From the NCBI GenBank assembly GCA_951406725.2, contig OX597832.1, forward strand, positions 64,294,001 to 64,358,000: DNA of 64,000 nt, given 5' to 3'. The notes beneath the pieces were generated by a model. The model saw nothing but the letters and a program-made list of their open reading frames with translations. It did no database searches and was not told the DNA's origin. This DNA comes from Octopus vulgaris (Eukaryota). A program made the translations under genes and the position numbers. Shown here piece by piece: positions 27,223 through 41,330 of this stretch (the stretch's first letter is position 1; the number at the start of each line of letters is the position of its first letter).

Positions 27223-28473
27223 CTAGCTTTGCAGAGATGTGAGTGTGGTTTTAATTGAGAGAGAGAGAGAGAGAGAGAGAGCGAGTGTGTGTGTGAGAAG
27301 AGTGTTTCAGGAAGAAGGTATGTGTACCGTTTGTGTGTGCAAGACTGGGAGTGTGCGCCATCTTTGAGAGAGAAAAGTGCGTGTACGTATGTGTGCTATT
27401 TACAGAAAAAAGATTGAAAAAGAGAGAGAGAGAGAGAGAAAGAAAGAGAGAGGGAGGGGAAAAAGAGAGAGAAAGAATGCGTGCGTGTGTGTGTTATTTT
27501 TATGCATATTGATAATGTAGGACCAGTATAATGAATTGGAAGTGAATTCTGTTTTTTTTAAAGCGAAAATAATTTAAGGACGCAGTGAATATATAACTAG
27601 CTGTGTGTTTGTAAATACGCATATGTGTCCGTATGTGTGTGTGTGTTTGTGTCTGTGTGTGTTTGTGTCTGTGTGTGTTTGTGTCTGTGTTTGTTTAGGG
27701 ATGTGAAATTAGGTATTAGAAAAATAAAGAAAAAACAAAACATCAAGCAGGAAAGCAAAAACGGAATTTGAATAGATAAAAAGCATAATAGGGAATATCT
27801 ATATTTGGCAATGAGGTCAGAGGTGACAGTGAGCTGTAGAAGGAGCGGTCAATATTAGTGGAGTGTTAATGTATTATGGGGAAGTGTATGTGTGGGGGTG
27901 GTGGTGCGGTGTTCGGAAAATAATAATAATAATAATAATGATATTGATTTTTCACTATAAGATAGGTGTCGTAGTTTTTCAAAGGCCTGGTTTGTGAGCG
28001 AGGTGGGGTGTATATATATATATATATTAATATATAAACTGCAATTCCAATCTTCTGTTCTAAAGATAGTCCAACTATTTTATATACACAACCCTCTCGC
28101 ACACCCTACTCCCCAACCGTTTCCCTCGTCCCCACCCACTGGTATTGACCTCAAGTTCTATACCTAACTGTCAATTATTGACCCCTCAACCAAATATATA
28201 TTCCCTATTATTCTTTCATCCATTCAAATTTTCATCTTTTATTCTAATTCCTAAATTCACATTCCCTAAACGCGAACGCAATCACACGCACACATACCTA
28301 TACGCATGTATTCACTAACATACACACACATGTATATACATTTATACACAAGCATGCTCATACATATATGCACGCACTTATTCACAAATGCACTCACACA
28401 CATATGTAAAAGTCGACCAATGAGAATGAGTGCTCAACACCGCATTTGTGGATAAAAATTATTTCCTTTTCTT

Positions 28474-28629
28474 TTGGACATTCCAATGTTTCCTGTTTCC
28501 GAAGAAGAGCTTTGCTCGAAACGTAAAACAACCACTCTTTCTTTCTTTCCTTCTCTGAGCGTCTTATTAATACTTTACATGTACCACGTCCTCGCGTTGA
28601 TGCTTTTTTCCTTGCCCTTTAGTTTGATC

Positions 28630-28630
<1 letters not shown>
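28474..28630 (+). mobile_element. Penelope-like terminal repeat fragment (hammerhead family 2)
   Basis: Homologous to 7243-7445 (-); ends at (TA)n. Confidence 0.65.
28494..28530 (+). ncRNA. Minimal type I hammerhead motif, U4C variant
   Basis: UGUUU-CCGAAGA-A-GAGC(UUU)GCUC-GAAA-CGUA-AAACA. Confidence 0.65.
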
Positions 28631-28669
<39 letters not shown>

Positions 28670-28671
<2 letters not shown>

Positions 28672-28990
28672 TGAGGCCCCTCCCTTCGTTCATAACTGAC
28701 CATGGGATTGCACCTAGAAGGTTACCCTCCCAGACACAAGTCCCGGTAAAGTTGTTTATGGAAGACCAGCAGTCGCCCATGCACACCGGCCTCTCCTCTC
28801 CATGCCACCAGTGTTATCCAAGAGAAAGGCAAAGGCCGATACAGCTTGGCACTTGTGGCGTCGCTGAGTGACCTGGAGAAACGTGAAATAAAGTGTCTTG
28901 CTCAAGAACGCAACACATAGGCCAGTCCGGGCTTCGAAGTCACAACCTCACGATCGTAAGCCTGACGCTCTAACCAATGACCCATGCGCC

Positions 28991-28995
<5 letters not shown>
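28670..28995 (-). mobile_element. tRNA-derived SINE, family C-like head with a different 3' tail
   Basis: Minus strand GTGAAGGCGCATGGGTCATTGGTTAGAGCG...TTCGAAGCCC...TTCTTGAGCAAGACACTTTATTTCACG. Confidence 0.8.
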
Positions 28996-29071
<76 letters not shown>

Positions 29072-29184
29072 CGTATTTGTATTTGGTTTGCAAGATTCTT
29101 GATATGAATTCGTGTGTTGATAGAAATACTACCGAACCTTGGGAGGAGCCGGTAATAATAAACACTAGTAATACTGAACTTTTG

Positions 29185-29960
29185 AGCGATTAACTGTTTG
29201 ACATATGAGTTTGGAGAACTACTAATACACGGCTGATCGTTAAATTGGTTAACAGAGTAACTAACCCATTAACTAACAACAACAATAAATGACCGAAGCA
29301 GTGCGTGTGTTGATTATTACCGCCAAATAATAAATCACCAAAAAATACACCGATGAAAACTATAGAAATCAAACGAAGGCAAAATCAGGTTAAGACAATC
29401 TACTAACATATATTTAAGTATCTGGACTCACGTGAACCGGTTTCTGCACTGGCAAAATAAGCCTTAGCTTCTTCAGCATGCGTTACCATGACTAGAGATT
29501 TCCAACCCATCGCTTTGAAGTCTGTGCTGCAACTGATTTGTTTCGCACCGAAACCACAGCAGCCACCAGTGTAAATTATTTTGGTGAAATATATATATAT
29601 ATATATATATTATATATACAGTAATTTCTTAAGCATTGGGTATGTACCTAGTAGTGAGCACCAATGAAGACCGTTCACTGCCTATTGCTACCCGGATTCA
29701 TCCACGTTTCCCCTGTCCCTCGCCATTCGTGCCCAAGGGCTAAAACATGGTCACTAATAACATGCTATATTAAAACCGAGCGAAACAAGGTTTACTTAAC
29801 GAGATACCCCTTGTAAAATCACCGGGTAAGACATCTCTGTACTGAAGAATACACAAGAAACAGTTGTAAGTATCTCACACGCGAGGGATCGATGCAAGGT
29901 GGGACGAAACGATCGGTATGTGCAATAAAATTTCTCGTATATTCCATTGCCCCTCTCCAT
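29185..29960 (+). pseudogene. EGF-repeat relic block
   Basis: NCLTYEFGEL; 29436: TGFCTGKISLSFFSMRYH; TCYIKT; PCKITG; 29835: LCTEEYTRNSCKY; DRCKVGR; MCNKI. Confidence 0.65.
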
Positions 29961-29968
29961 CCTTTGAT

Positions 29969-30050
<82 letters not shown>

Positions 30051-30104
30051 ATATATGCTGGCTGCGTGGATTGTAAAGAAATGAATTCGAACATGATTTA
30101 TTTT

Positions 30105-30672
30105 TTATTTATTTCAGTCACTGAATCGCGGACATGCTGGAACAACGCTTTGGAGAGTTTTGTCGAATAAATCGTCTCATACTTTATCGGTCGTTCCTGC
30201 CTAACCGTAAAGTTATGGGGACGTAAATATACCAACGTCGGTTGTCAAGCAGTGGTGGGGGACAAAAACCAACACATATACAGACAGACACACACACACA
30301 CACAGATATGGCTGGTTTCTTTCAGTTTGTTTACTACAACCACCCATATGTCTTAGGTCGGACTGAGGCTATAGTAGGAGACACTTGCTGAAGGGGCTAC
30401 ACTCTGGAATGGACCATACGGTTCGGAAGCCCCATAGCCATATACACACTGAGTGTGAACAAGTGGTACACATGCGTAGTAATACTCTGTTATAATGGTT
30501 TCAAATTTTGGCAGATGGACAGCAATTTTTTAGTATTCAACTGATATTAAATTCTATCGACCACCAAATAAGGAAACGCAAAATCTACCTCGGTGGTATT
30601 TGAACTTAGAACGTACAAAATTGCAAGAAATGCTGATAAACATTTTGCCTCACGTGCTAACCACTCTGCTGC
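30105..30672 (-). mobile_element. Degenerate SINE A (30105-30440) and SINE B (30490-30672)
   Basis: Reverse-complement matches to both families. Confidence 0.75.
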
Positions 30673-31077
30673 TCCACCGCCTGGTATAATGAAAGATGAA
30701 GCTGCCCGCAGAAAGTATACAGCACAACCATTGAACTTGTCAACGTGGAGTCAATTCAACCGTTTTTTTATGACGATGTTCAACAAATATCTCCTACGAC
30801 GTCAGAATGATGGAAATATTTCACCTTCAACATACGAATTTTGTTCCTTTCACAATGGAAATAAGTACAAAATGGAATATACAGACCTACATGTGTGTGT
30901 GTGTGTATATATATGCCTATTTATATCCATACATCCATACATATGTATACATATATTCACACACACATACACACATATATATACGTACATATACATGTAC
31001 AAATACACCTCCATGTGTGTATATACATATACCTGTCCCTATGTATATATCTATATCTATATATATATATATACTTA

Positions 31078-31135
<58 letters not shown>

Positions 31136-31240
31136 CTTATATATATTTATATATATATATACATATATATGCTTATATACACATATACATAAACATATAT
31201 ATGCTTATATATACATATACATATATATGCTTATATATAC

Positions 31241-31336
<96 letters not shown>

Positions 31337-31971
31337 CTTTGTATAAGTAATTTTCACAAACTGGTCTCCTTACATAAACATCCACGCACACTCTCATACA
31401 TGTACCTCCATACACAACATGATTATACACGTCTGAATGCGAGAGTGTGCGTGAATAATCAAAAGTTCCCCAATTTTTGTTTTTGTTAAAAAGGATGAAA
31501 TAAATGAATTAGGTAAATGTATTAAATGAAATTTGCCTCCGGTTATTCTGATTTCTTTTTTTTCCCGTTACTTTTCTTATTAAAAGAAAATCACGGCTAC
31601 AGCATGACCGCACTACAGTCGCACAGATTAATATACATGAAATAACTAAATGACTTAGTCCCAAAGAAACAAAATGTACACCAAAAGAAATGAATAAAAT
31701 AAAAGTTAAAAAACGAGTCAATTCTAAGACAGTAATTTAAAATGTAGCCCTGGGTTAAAGAACGAAACGAAATTTAATACAAGTCAGCATCAACAAGATT
31801 ATGATTAAAACTCAAATGAAGAAAACAAGAATTCCACATACATATACACACACACATATATATATGCATACATGCATACATGTATATACATATATACATA
31901 TACATACATATACATACGCATATACACACACACACACATATATATACATATATATGTCTCTCTCTCACACA

Positions 31972-32089
<118 letters not shown>

Positions 32090-32599
32090 TGCATTCATTT
32101 CCTTGAGTTATTCCCCTTAGTATGAAAGCAAGAAAAAAAAGAAATATTATTTTATTTGTGTTTCTGTGCATTAATTCTCTCGGTTATTTCGTTTAATAAT
32201 ACGAAAATCTTCATCTCTCTCCCTCAATTAGATTTCTCTATTGTGCCTTATGTTGTTGTTTCTTCTTCCATTTGTTTAATAGGAGAGAAAGGGGGAGGAG
32301 AAAATGGAGAGGGAGGGGTCAGCGGGAAAGGGATGTCGGTTAGTTTGATAAAGAAAATAAGATAACAAAGAGACAAAAGTATAAGTCTTGGAAGAAAAAA
32401 AGAGAGTGAGTAAATATTAAATAAAAGGATATCATAAAAACAATAAAAGAATACAAAACCGATAAATTTTGAAAAGAAGTCATACAAGAAAAAGGGGCTG
32501 CAGGCTGGGCCTCTGATCAACAGATCAACCAACTTAATTCTTTCAGCTTTTATACCTTCCAAACATGTTGATTCGGTTCAGTAAATTATCAAATCTTGT

Positions 32600-32930
32600 T
32601 CGGCGGCGCGCCCTCGTTATTATTCAAACCTGGCAATGAATGATTTTTGGCCGAGATATGATTTAATTATCGAAGATGTCTGCAGCTGAGATAAGAGGAT
32701 GGAATATTAAATGGTTCAGAAAGCCAGCGAACAATACTGTATTTTCTCATTATATCAAACTGTTTTGAAGATGAAGGAATGAGTTACTATTAATAGCGAT
32801 GTACAATGGGATGTAATAATGAAGTAAGATAATATAATATGGCTGATGTGTTTCTATGTATCAGTCTTATATCGCAGGCAAACCTCAGGCGCAAACGAGT
32901 GTGACGCCATGATATCAAAGGGAGATTATT
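32600..32930 (+). pseudogene. EGF-repeat relic block
   Basis: FGRD; RCLQ; SNCFEDE; 32797: RCTMGCNN; YG*CVSM; NECDAM. Confidence 0.65.
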
Positions 32931-33509
32931 TCTTTCAAGCAAGTTTAATTAATTTGTTGGAGGTTGGAGGATGAAAGAAAAAGTGAAATTATACTAAATG
33001 AATGTATAATTTTTAAAAAAGGAAATCCAAATAATATAAGAATAGGAATAGAATAATCGAATTCGATTTCTTTTTTTTTTTCTTCGTTTGGTCATTGGGC
33101 ATTAGACATTTCTACAGAGTAATGGCAAGAAAGTGATTATTCAACATCCGAAAGCCAGATTAAAATCAGGAAAGATGAAATATGTTCGGAATATTCCATC
33201 AAATCGCTTTAAATAGTTCGCCACAAAGCTAAACATGTTTTCTGTGTGGATACTCACTATCTCCATAAAATGCACAAATGTTCTTATATCGACAAATTTT
33301 CTTGGTCTAGAGCAGTAGATATATTTTGAAAGACAATCCAGTCATAACCATCCTTTCCTTTTCTGTATCTGTGATAAAACTTTCCAGTGTGTCTTTCTTT
33401 ATTAAGGCGATCTTAATGCAGTTTGTCTGCAATTTCGTGTTTATCTCTAGCAGAATAAAACTTTATCAAAATGTGGTGATATATGAAAGATGAAATGAAT
33501 ACACATCCA

Positions 33510-33599
<90 letters not shown>

Positions 33600-33613
33600 A
33601 CGTCTGTCTGTCT

Positions 33614-33645
<32 letters not shown>

Positions 33646-33702
33646 ATCGATTAATCTACCTACCTATCTATCGTTCACTCGCCTCTCTGTGTGTATGTAT
33701 GT

Positions 33703-33734
<32 letters not shown>

Positions 33735-33865
33735 ATATAAACATGTATATATATACATATGTCTATATACATGTATATATACATATATATATGTATATAT
33801 ATTTATATGTATGTATACACATGTTTGTGTGCGTATATATATACATACATATATACATGTTTGTG

Positions 33866-33917
<52 letters not shown>

Positions 33918-34419
33918 GTGTTGACAAGGATTTCAATAGTTTTGCTTCGCAAGTTATCCAAGTAATATGGTTAAACAATCCGTCAGGCGAAGCTTAGATT
34001 CAAGACAATAAGAATTTTACCTGATAAATTTTACTTTACTCTCAGTATTGAGTTTTACTATCAATAAATTATCCGTTGTTGTGCTTAATCTTACTTTAAA
34101 ATAGTGTCTTCGACTTAACACACACAGCACAAAAATACTAATTGGTGTCGCGTCCCTAAGAATTCCAACGTGATTCTTCGACACGAATTTGAATACAAAA
34201 AAAAATACTATCAGTCTTTTCAGATATATCGCCTTTATACAGAAATATTTCTAATCTATGTATTGAGGAATTCGACATGAATTTCGCTTTTCCCTTAAAC
34301 GGGAATATATACACACCATACAAACTTAAACACATACACATATACACTTGATAATGCATACGTCTTTTGTTGAATTGTGTTAAATGAAATGAATATTCAT
34401 AATTTGCGTAGCTAGAGAG

Positions 34420-34810
34420 TGTGAGGCTCTGGGCAGGCCTTCAATTTACCGCCGTTCCTTGGCGAATGTACCATACACAGGTTTATATACCAGATCCAAA
34501 AGTGCTGCCCCTACGAAAGCGTCCCTCGGGGCGGATCGCTCTTATCACTGCTCGCCCCACTTTAGCTACGTTACTGATATTTATGGAAATATCTAATCGG
34601 CTCGCTCTGTAACATTTATTAAATATTCTCTGTTTTACGTGGCAGTCTCCAATTCAAAATCACATGAGTGCTAACAAGCTGCACTGTCAGTGACGTACGT
34701 TTGTATTAGGTGGATGCTCACACTTGGTTCCATTGTTGACACGAACATCTACGTGCATGTGCTGTGTACCAAGTAAGATATGAGGGAGAGATGATCACCT
34801 TGTGGGTTTC
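34420..34810 (+). pseudogene. EGF-repeat relic block
   Basis: GECTIH; KRPSGRI; YHCSPH; VCI/GGCSH. Confidence 0.5.
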
Positions 34811-35710
34811 ATATCCCAGATTAAGGAACACCACAAACTTATGCACTTCCTCGGTTAAGAAACACTTCGATAAATAGCTAACCATGAAATAAGTGTATAT
34901 CTTAAAAGGGATCGTTACTTCTCAAAGTACAGTGCAGTATATTTAACTGCATGTAAAGTACCTCTGTTGTATCAGGCAAATAAAACTTGTTCTTTATTTA
35001 AATTATACTTTTATTATTTCATATTACTCTCACTTCTGTTTTCAGAATATTAATGATAATATTGATGTATATTCATATATATGTAGAGAGTTGCTTTCAT
35101 GAGTTTATAAGGTGATATGGTGCTTTTAAAAAGTGATGGTCAGATATCCGGAAAATTCAGTTATCCGGTAGTGCACCAGCGCTAGTTGTGCCGGATACGA
35201 GAGAGTTTATTTAGCTTTTACCTACACGCCTATTTTCACATAAATTTCCCACTTCGCTACAACATATTTTATCTCACGTAAAGGCTTAGTCCAACTGATC
35301 AAATATGAATAAAGCAATTCTCAAAATACTTGTTATACTAACTTCACCTTAAATAAAATAGTTACATTTCCCACCATTCCGTCATGCACCCGCAGGAAAT
35401 TGTTGAAACACGTCACTTCCTGTTGCTGTTAACCATGTCACACTATTTGCTGCTACTGATACAACATAAGTCAACCAACCACGGCTTTAAAGACACTAAT
35501 TCATCAATATTTTTCCTAAAAATACGATCATTGAACAACCTTGCATTTTCTCTGTTTTTATTTAATAGCATCAAGCTTACTTAACTCATCACCTGCGTTG
35601 GTCAGTGCACATATAGTTATATACACGTATCTTTACACACACACATATATATATATGTGTGTGTGTGTGTGTGCATACGCGCGCACACAAACAGACACGC
35701 ATACATATAT

Positions 35711-35780
<70 letters not shown>

Positions 35781-35899
35781 CATACATACATACATATAGC
35801 GGGTGTGAGTGCGCACATGTTGAAAATTGCATTCCCCTTAATAATTATTACGCCAACTTCCTTGCTAACCATAATTGCAGATTAATTAACCCCTCTAAA

Positions 35900-36340
35900 T
35901 TGAGCTGGTGTTAGCCATCAAGCGCGTTCTAGAGGCAATTAACCTGATGGAAATACTGTGAAACTAGTTGAATGGAATTGCTCCCCACCCAACCGTCATT
36001 AATTGATTCCACACTATCAACAAGAGTTTTCTCTGCCATTCCATCTAATGTAATACTGTGCACTTCTATCGATCTATCATTAAATTCCTTCTCTTGAAAG
36101 CCCTGGAATTCTTCAGAAATTCACCATCATTAGCAATGTCATTAACAGGCTAATAACAAACGTTAGGTAATTAATGTTAGAGTAGGACGATTATTACTGA
36201 TTCAAAAATCAGGGTTACCGTATCACTGACTTCTCCACATGTAGCAGTCGCTGATTAGAGGTGGGCTTCAGAAAACACAACATCACAGCTGACCCGGGAT
36301 ATGTAGAGATGAGAGTTTAGCAATGTTAATATACATGAAC
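35900..36340 (+). pseudogene. EGF-repeat relic block
   Basis: KYCETS*; NCSP; 36237: TCSSR*LEVGFRKHNITADPGYVE. Confidence 0.55.
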
Positions 36341-36751
36341 GGCCACGCCATCGAGAATTTTGAAAAAGAATAGAAAAAGAATATTCATGCAAGATGATTT
36401 AAGTTTCATCTCTTTCACCTTCTTCAAGAAGCAAGCTTTTTAAAACATTAATACTTAAATTAAACTTAAAAGATTGCTTTTAATGGAAACTAAATTGGAA
36501 ACCATACATGTGCATATGAGTTCTTACTGTCGTTGTAAATAGAACAGATTTCGATTTATCTTCAAAAAGGCGCACCTTTACTGGAGTCTTTCTCTAAGGT
36601 AAGTTACGTGATACCAAGATGTTTCAATGAAAAACTCACAAGAGGAAACAAAACAAAAAAAAAATAAAAGCTCTTCCCAACCATGTACAACAGAACCAGG
36701 ATGTGGGAAATACGTATTCTAATCTTCCCTTCAATGTGAATATAGCCATTA

Positions 36752-36895
36752 AGACGGTGTGCTGGCACAATCATTAGCACACCGAGTTAAATACCTAACG
36801 ACATTTCTTCCGTCTCCACGTTCTGAATTCAAATTCAGCTGAGGTCGATAAACTAAGTACCAGTCGAACACTGGCGGCAGTCTAATCGACTTAGC
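36752..36895 (+). mobile_element. SINE family B, degenerate
   Basis: GCTGGCACAATCATTAGCAC...GAGGTCGATAAACTAAGTACCAG. Confidence 0.75.
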
Positions 36896-36904
36896 TCCGT
36901 ATAT

Positions 36905-37286
36905 TGCCATGAACGTAGCCTGGAATTTTTTATGCTAAGTATGTCATTTGTCAGATTCATTCATGTAACGCTAACATCATTTATCAATGCGTGGATAAAC
37001 CTGTTTTCCAACATCACGATATGGCTGAGCGGTTTCTCGCATAAAAGTCTAATGACTTCGAATTGCTCCAAAATAAGCAACGAAAAAAGATGCCACAAAA
37101 GGTACCCCGTTGACAAGTGTCATCAAACGATAATCGGTTGAAGCGGTGCCCGTCAATACATCTCTCTCACTATATCTTTCTGTGTGTCTGTTTGCTTGCT
37201 CCTATCTGTCTCGAAGTGCAGTTATTCAGTGATACTGAAATGGTCCACGTGACCAATCACAAGGTAAGAATGTAGCTAACCATCAT

Positions 37287-37346
<60 letters not shown>

Positions 37347-37870
37347 CATATAAGATAAACTAACTCGGAAATAGATGCGTGGCGTTCAATCAAAAATTAA
37401 TACAAATAATATATATATATATATATGTATATATATAAGTGTGTATATATATATATGAACATAAATATATTATTTATATTGTAAATATATATATATATAT
37501 ATATATGTATATTATTTAATACAACATTGTGTGTGTGTATGTCTCGAGTACTTATAAGGTTTGAATTGATAAGCATTGTAAACATACGAATAATATGGAT
37601 ATACAGTATTATATATATATATATACACACACACAAACCAAATCTTCAGTTACTCGTTCATTTCCTTCAATGTAGCGCGTTGTCGTACCGATGTACTTAC
37701 TTTCTTAATTGCCAATAAAGGATTTCCCAGCCTTGCAGCCAGTTCTGTAGCAACATTTCACGAATCAAAACATGTCAAAGTTATTAGATTAGACTAATAT
37801 AATGGTCTAAATTTCTTTTTGTTTGGCGTCACGTCAGCTTTTCTAAGACTGAACCGATGTTTCCCTAATA
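36905..37870 (+). pseudogene. EGF-repeat relic blocks (interrupted by microsatellites)
   Basis: TCFPTSRYG; 37058: SNCSKISNEKRCHKRYPVDKCHQT; LQCSALSYRC; QPCSQFCSN. Confidence 0.6.
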
Positions 37871-38145
37871 ATGTATCCGCGCCTAACAAAATAATAATTC
37901 CTAATTATGATAACTTTATTACATTTCTTTTAAGCCTCCACCAATCAGATTCTCCCATCAACAGTCTCTCATTGACTTCTTTTATAATATATACGCCTGT
38001 TTTCATTTTTTAACCTACATAAATATGTTAACGCATCTAAATGATACACACAAACATATATATTCATATATGAACATATATGTACACATATACACACAAC
38101 CGCTGACATAAATACACATTTACGCAAATACACACACACACACAT

Positions 38146-38195
<50 letters not shown>

Positions 38196-38230
38196 ATGTC
38201 TTTCTATGTATCTATATATTTATCCATATA

Positions 38231-38837
38231 CAGGGTGCCCCGCGAAAAGGTAGCCCGGGTGACGTAGTATAGTGTAAATACAGAAATAAATTTACACGCA
38301 AGTGTAAAAAAAGCGAGAAAGTGGACTATTAATTGGTGTGCACATCGTTGGCATCACTTCCAGTTTATGTGTTGTATTCTTTGAACTTCGAGTAATCCTT
38401 TAGCAAATGTCCTAAATAACTTCTGGGGTTCGAACTGTAGCGTCTCTATGTTTTGGGACATTGTGCACTGACCCAGTAAATCGCCACTTTTTAACCAACA
38501 TTTGTATCGTTCTCTTTACTGTTAAGCCCTTACCCCGAAACTTGGCTTCAAAAGTTTCACGCATTTGCTTAACAGAACCCGTTCTCATACGCTTTCGCAA
38601 TCTCCTCTCTTTCCGCTATTGAGTGCGTCTGGCAGAAAAGGCTACAGATGTTCACTCAATACAATCTAACAATCAACTAATGCGATGGGGATGCAGTGAG
38701 GATAACGTAGCAAAGCAGTCGAAATAACATAATAAGACATGCAAACGAAAGGCAGGTTGCTTTTCCATGTGCTTAAACATATTTCTGTATTTACACTACG
38801 CTACGGAAGCCGGGCAACTTTTAGTACGATTATCATA
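38231..38837 (-). mobile_element. Internally deleted Tc1/mariner-superfamily element with a transposase N-terminal (DUF4817-like HTH) remnant
   Basis: TA-CAGGGTG terminus. TIR body AAAAGGTAGCCCGG...GTGTAAATACAGAAATA recurs inverted at ~38780-38822. Peptide HSIAEREEIAKAY/MRTGSVKQMRETFEAKF...TIQMLVKKWRFTGSV...TVRTPEVI. Confidence 0.85.
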
Positions 38838-38964
38838 TGAACTTTATTAGCTTAAAGCTGTTACCGCTATATAACATGAAATAACTCATAGTTGAGAGCT
38901 TGGGTGTCACAATATAGCTTCCACGGAGCCTCAAACACGAAGTGCAACACTTAAACGATGTATG

Positions 38965-39019
<55 letters not shown>

Positions 39020-39239
39020 ATATATATATGTATATATACATATATATATATATCCATAGATATATATACATACATATATATACATATATATATATACACA
39101 TATATATATATACATACATATACCCATATATATATACATATACATATATATATATACACACATATATATAGATACATATACACATATATACATACATAGG
39201 TATACATACATATATATACATATATATATATATACACAC

Positions 39240-39317
<78 letters not shown>

Positions 39318-39559
39318 ATGCAATACGAGAGTATTGCTTTCCAGTAAAGAATAGCCCGTGAGGGAAAATTATACATAGAAGTAAATATATGGTACAACGA
39401 AGTACCGATATTTACTGGAAAATAGCGAACGTAATAAATACGACGCTAATGTATAGCTTCACCGCGTATGTACTAGCAAAAATGCGTGTGTGCAACAAAC
39501 TTGAAAAAAATTGTCTTACCTCCAGGGAGAACATCTGAAAGATGAAATACCTAGAAAGG

Positions 39560-39642
39560 GATAATGTGGTACCAGTTTCAGATTTTTCAAGATATGTCTG
39601 CACACATATACTTGATTTATCTTCATCAGCCAACATATACCT
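39560..39642 (-). ncRNA. Type I hammerhead ribozyme (family 1, inverted copy)
   Basis: Same as 40007-40089 except that stem III reads ACUGGU. Confidence 0.7.
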
Positions 39643-40006
39643 CGACAACACTTCAAATGGTGCCGCATCAATGCCAATACACTCGACCGAAACGCCAAAA
39701 CGCTGACAATTTTTTTCAAGTTTGTTGCACACACGCATTTTTGCTAGTACATACGCGGTGAAGCTATACATTAGTGTCGTATTTATTACGTTCGCTATTT
39801 TCCAGTAAATATCGGTACTTTGTTGTACCATATATTTACTTCTATGTATAATTTTCCCTCGCGGGCTATTCTTTACTGGAAAGCAATACTCTCGTATTGC
39901 ATTACTATTTTTATTGAAACTTCTTCACTGTTCTCGTTGTGTCAGCGTTTTGGCGTTTCAGTCGAGTGTATTGGCATTGATGCGGCAACATTTGAAGTGT
40001 TGTCGA

Positions 40007-40089
40007 GGTATATGTTGGCTGATGAAGATAAATCAAGTATATGTGTGCAGACATATCTTGAAAAATCTGAAACCGGTACCACATTATCC
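40007..40089 (+). ncRNA. Type I hammerhead ribozyme (family 1)
   Basis: AUGUUGG-CUGAUGA-AGAU..UCAAG.AUAUGU(GUGCAG)ACAUAU.CUUGA..AUCU-GAAA-CCGGUA-CCACAU: canonical core, extended stem II, palindromic ACCGGU stem III, GUA site. Confidence 0.82.
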
Positions 40090-40624
40090 CTTTCTAGGTA
40101 TTTCATCTTTCAGATGTTCTCCCTGGAGGTAAGACAATTTTTTTCAAGTTTGTTGCACACACGCATTTTTCCTAGTACATACGCGGTGAAGCTATACATT
40201 AGCGTCGTATTTATTACGTTCGCTATTTTCCAGTAAATATCGGTACTTCGTTGTACCATATATTTACTTATATATATATAAGCCGGAAATGAATTTGGCG
40301 CTCTTGCTAGACGCAGCTGAGACAAATTTTGCTCCCTCTGAAATTTATGCTTTTTTTTTCGTTTAACAAAATAAGTCCGTAAGAGATATTACCTCAGCAA
40401 AAATGCTGCTGCATAAGGTGTCTATGAACAATGTGTATGCATTGAGTATGATGACTATTTTCTATCTCTATTTGTTTATGTATACATCTAAATATGTATA
40501 TATGTGTATGTTTTATGATTGTATGTATGTATGTATTTTATGAATGTATGTATGTATGAATGTATGTATGTATGTATGTATGTATGTATGTATGTATGTA
40601 TGTATGTATGTATGTATGTATTTA

Positions 40625-40707
<83 letters not shown>

Positions 40708-41110
40708 GTATATATATACACGAATGCATCAACGTGCAATGGTGTGTATATTAGTATCGTTTACAGTGCTTTGACATTTATTCCGAAATCTTGTTTTCGT
40801 TTCAGTCTCACCTATCTACCAAAAACATGAACCTACTTGTCTTCGTTCTTTCTCTCCTTCTCCTGTTCCCCTATTATTATTATTATTCTTATCATTATTA
40901 GATTTTATTATTATTATGATTGTTGTTGTTGTTTACGTATTTTTCGTAAGATTATCTAACTTAGTTAATATTGATCAGATTGTGGCTGCTATTTACGCAA
41001 TAATCATTAACCTTAGCCAATTCACCTAGATAGATCGCAGTGATACATAATATTTTTGTGTTCAGTCCACTCTATACACACACTTGTGCATGCACATACA
41101 ATACATATAC

Positions 41111-41173
<63 letters not shown>

Positions 41174-41276
41174 CACGTATATATGTATGTATCTATAGTA
41201 TGCAAATAAATGTTTATATATATATATAATGTTATAATGTATACACACAGCGACGCACGCCCACGTTTATGTCTGA

Positions 41277-41330
<54 letters not shown>

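Larger units (their letters stand above)
39312..40268. mobile_element. Hammerhead-bearing 428-bp repeat in partial-tandem plus inverted arrangement (retrozyme / Penelope-like)
   Basis: Direct repeat starting at 39705 and 40133 (period 428). 39312-39708 is an inverted copy of the unit. Copies differ at only a handful of positions; (TA)n on both sides. Confidence 0.85.

Noticed and set aside
39412-40236. Two near-identical 138-139 aa ORFs on opposite strands
   Set aside because: They arise from the duplicated 428-bp unit, have different N-termini across the inversion junction, and show no recognisable domain.
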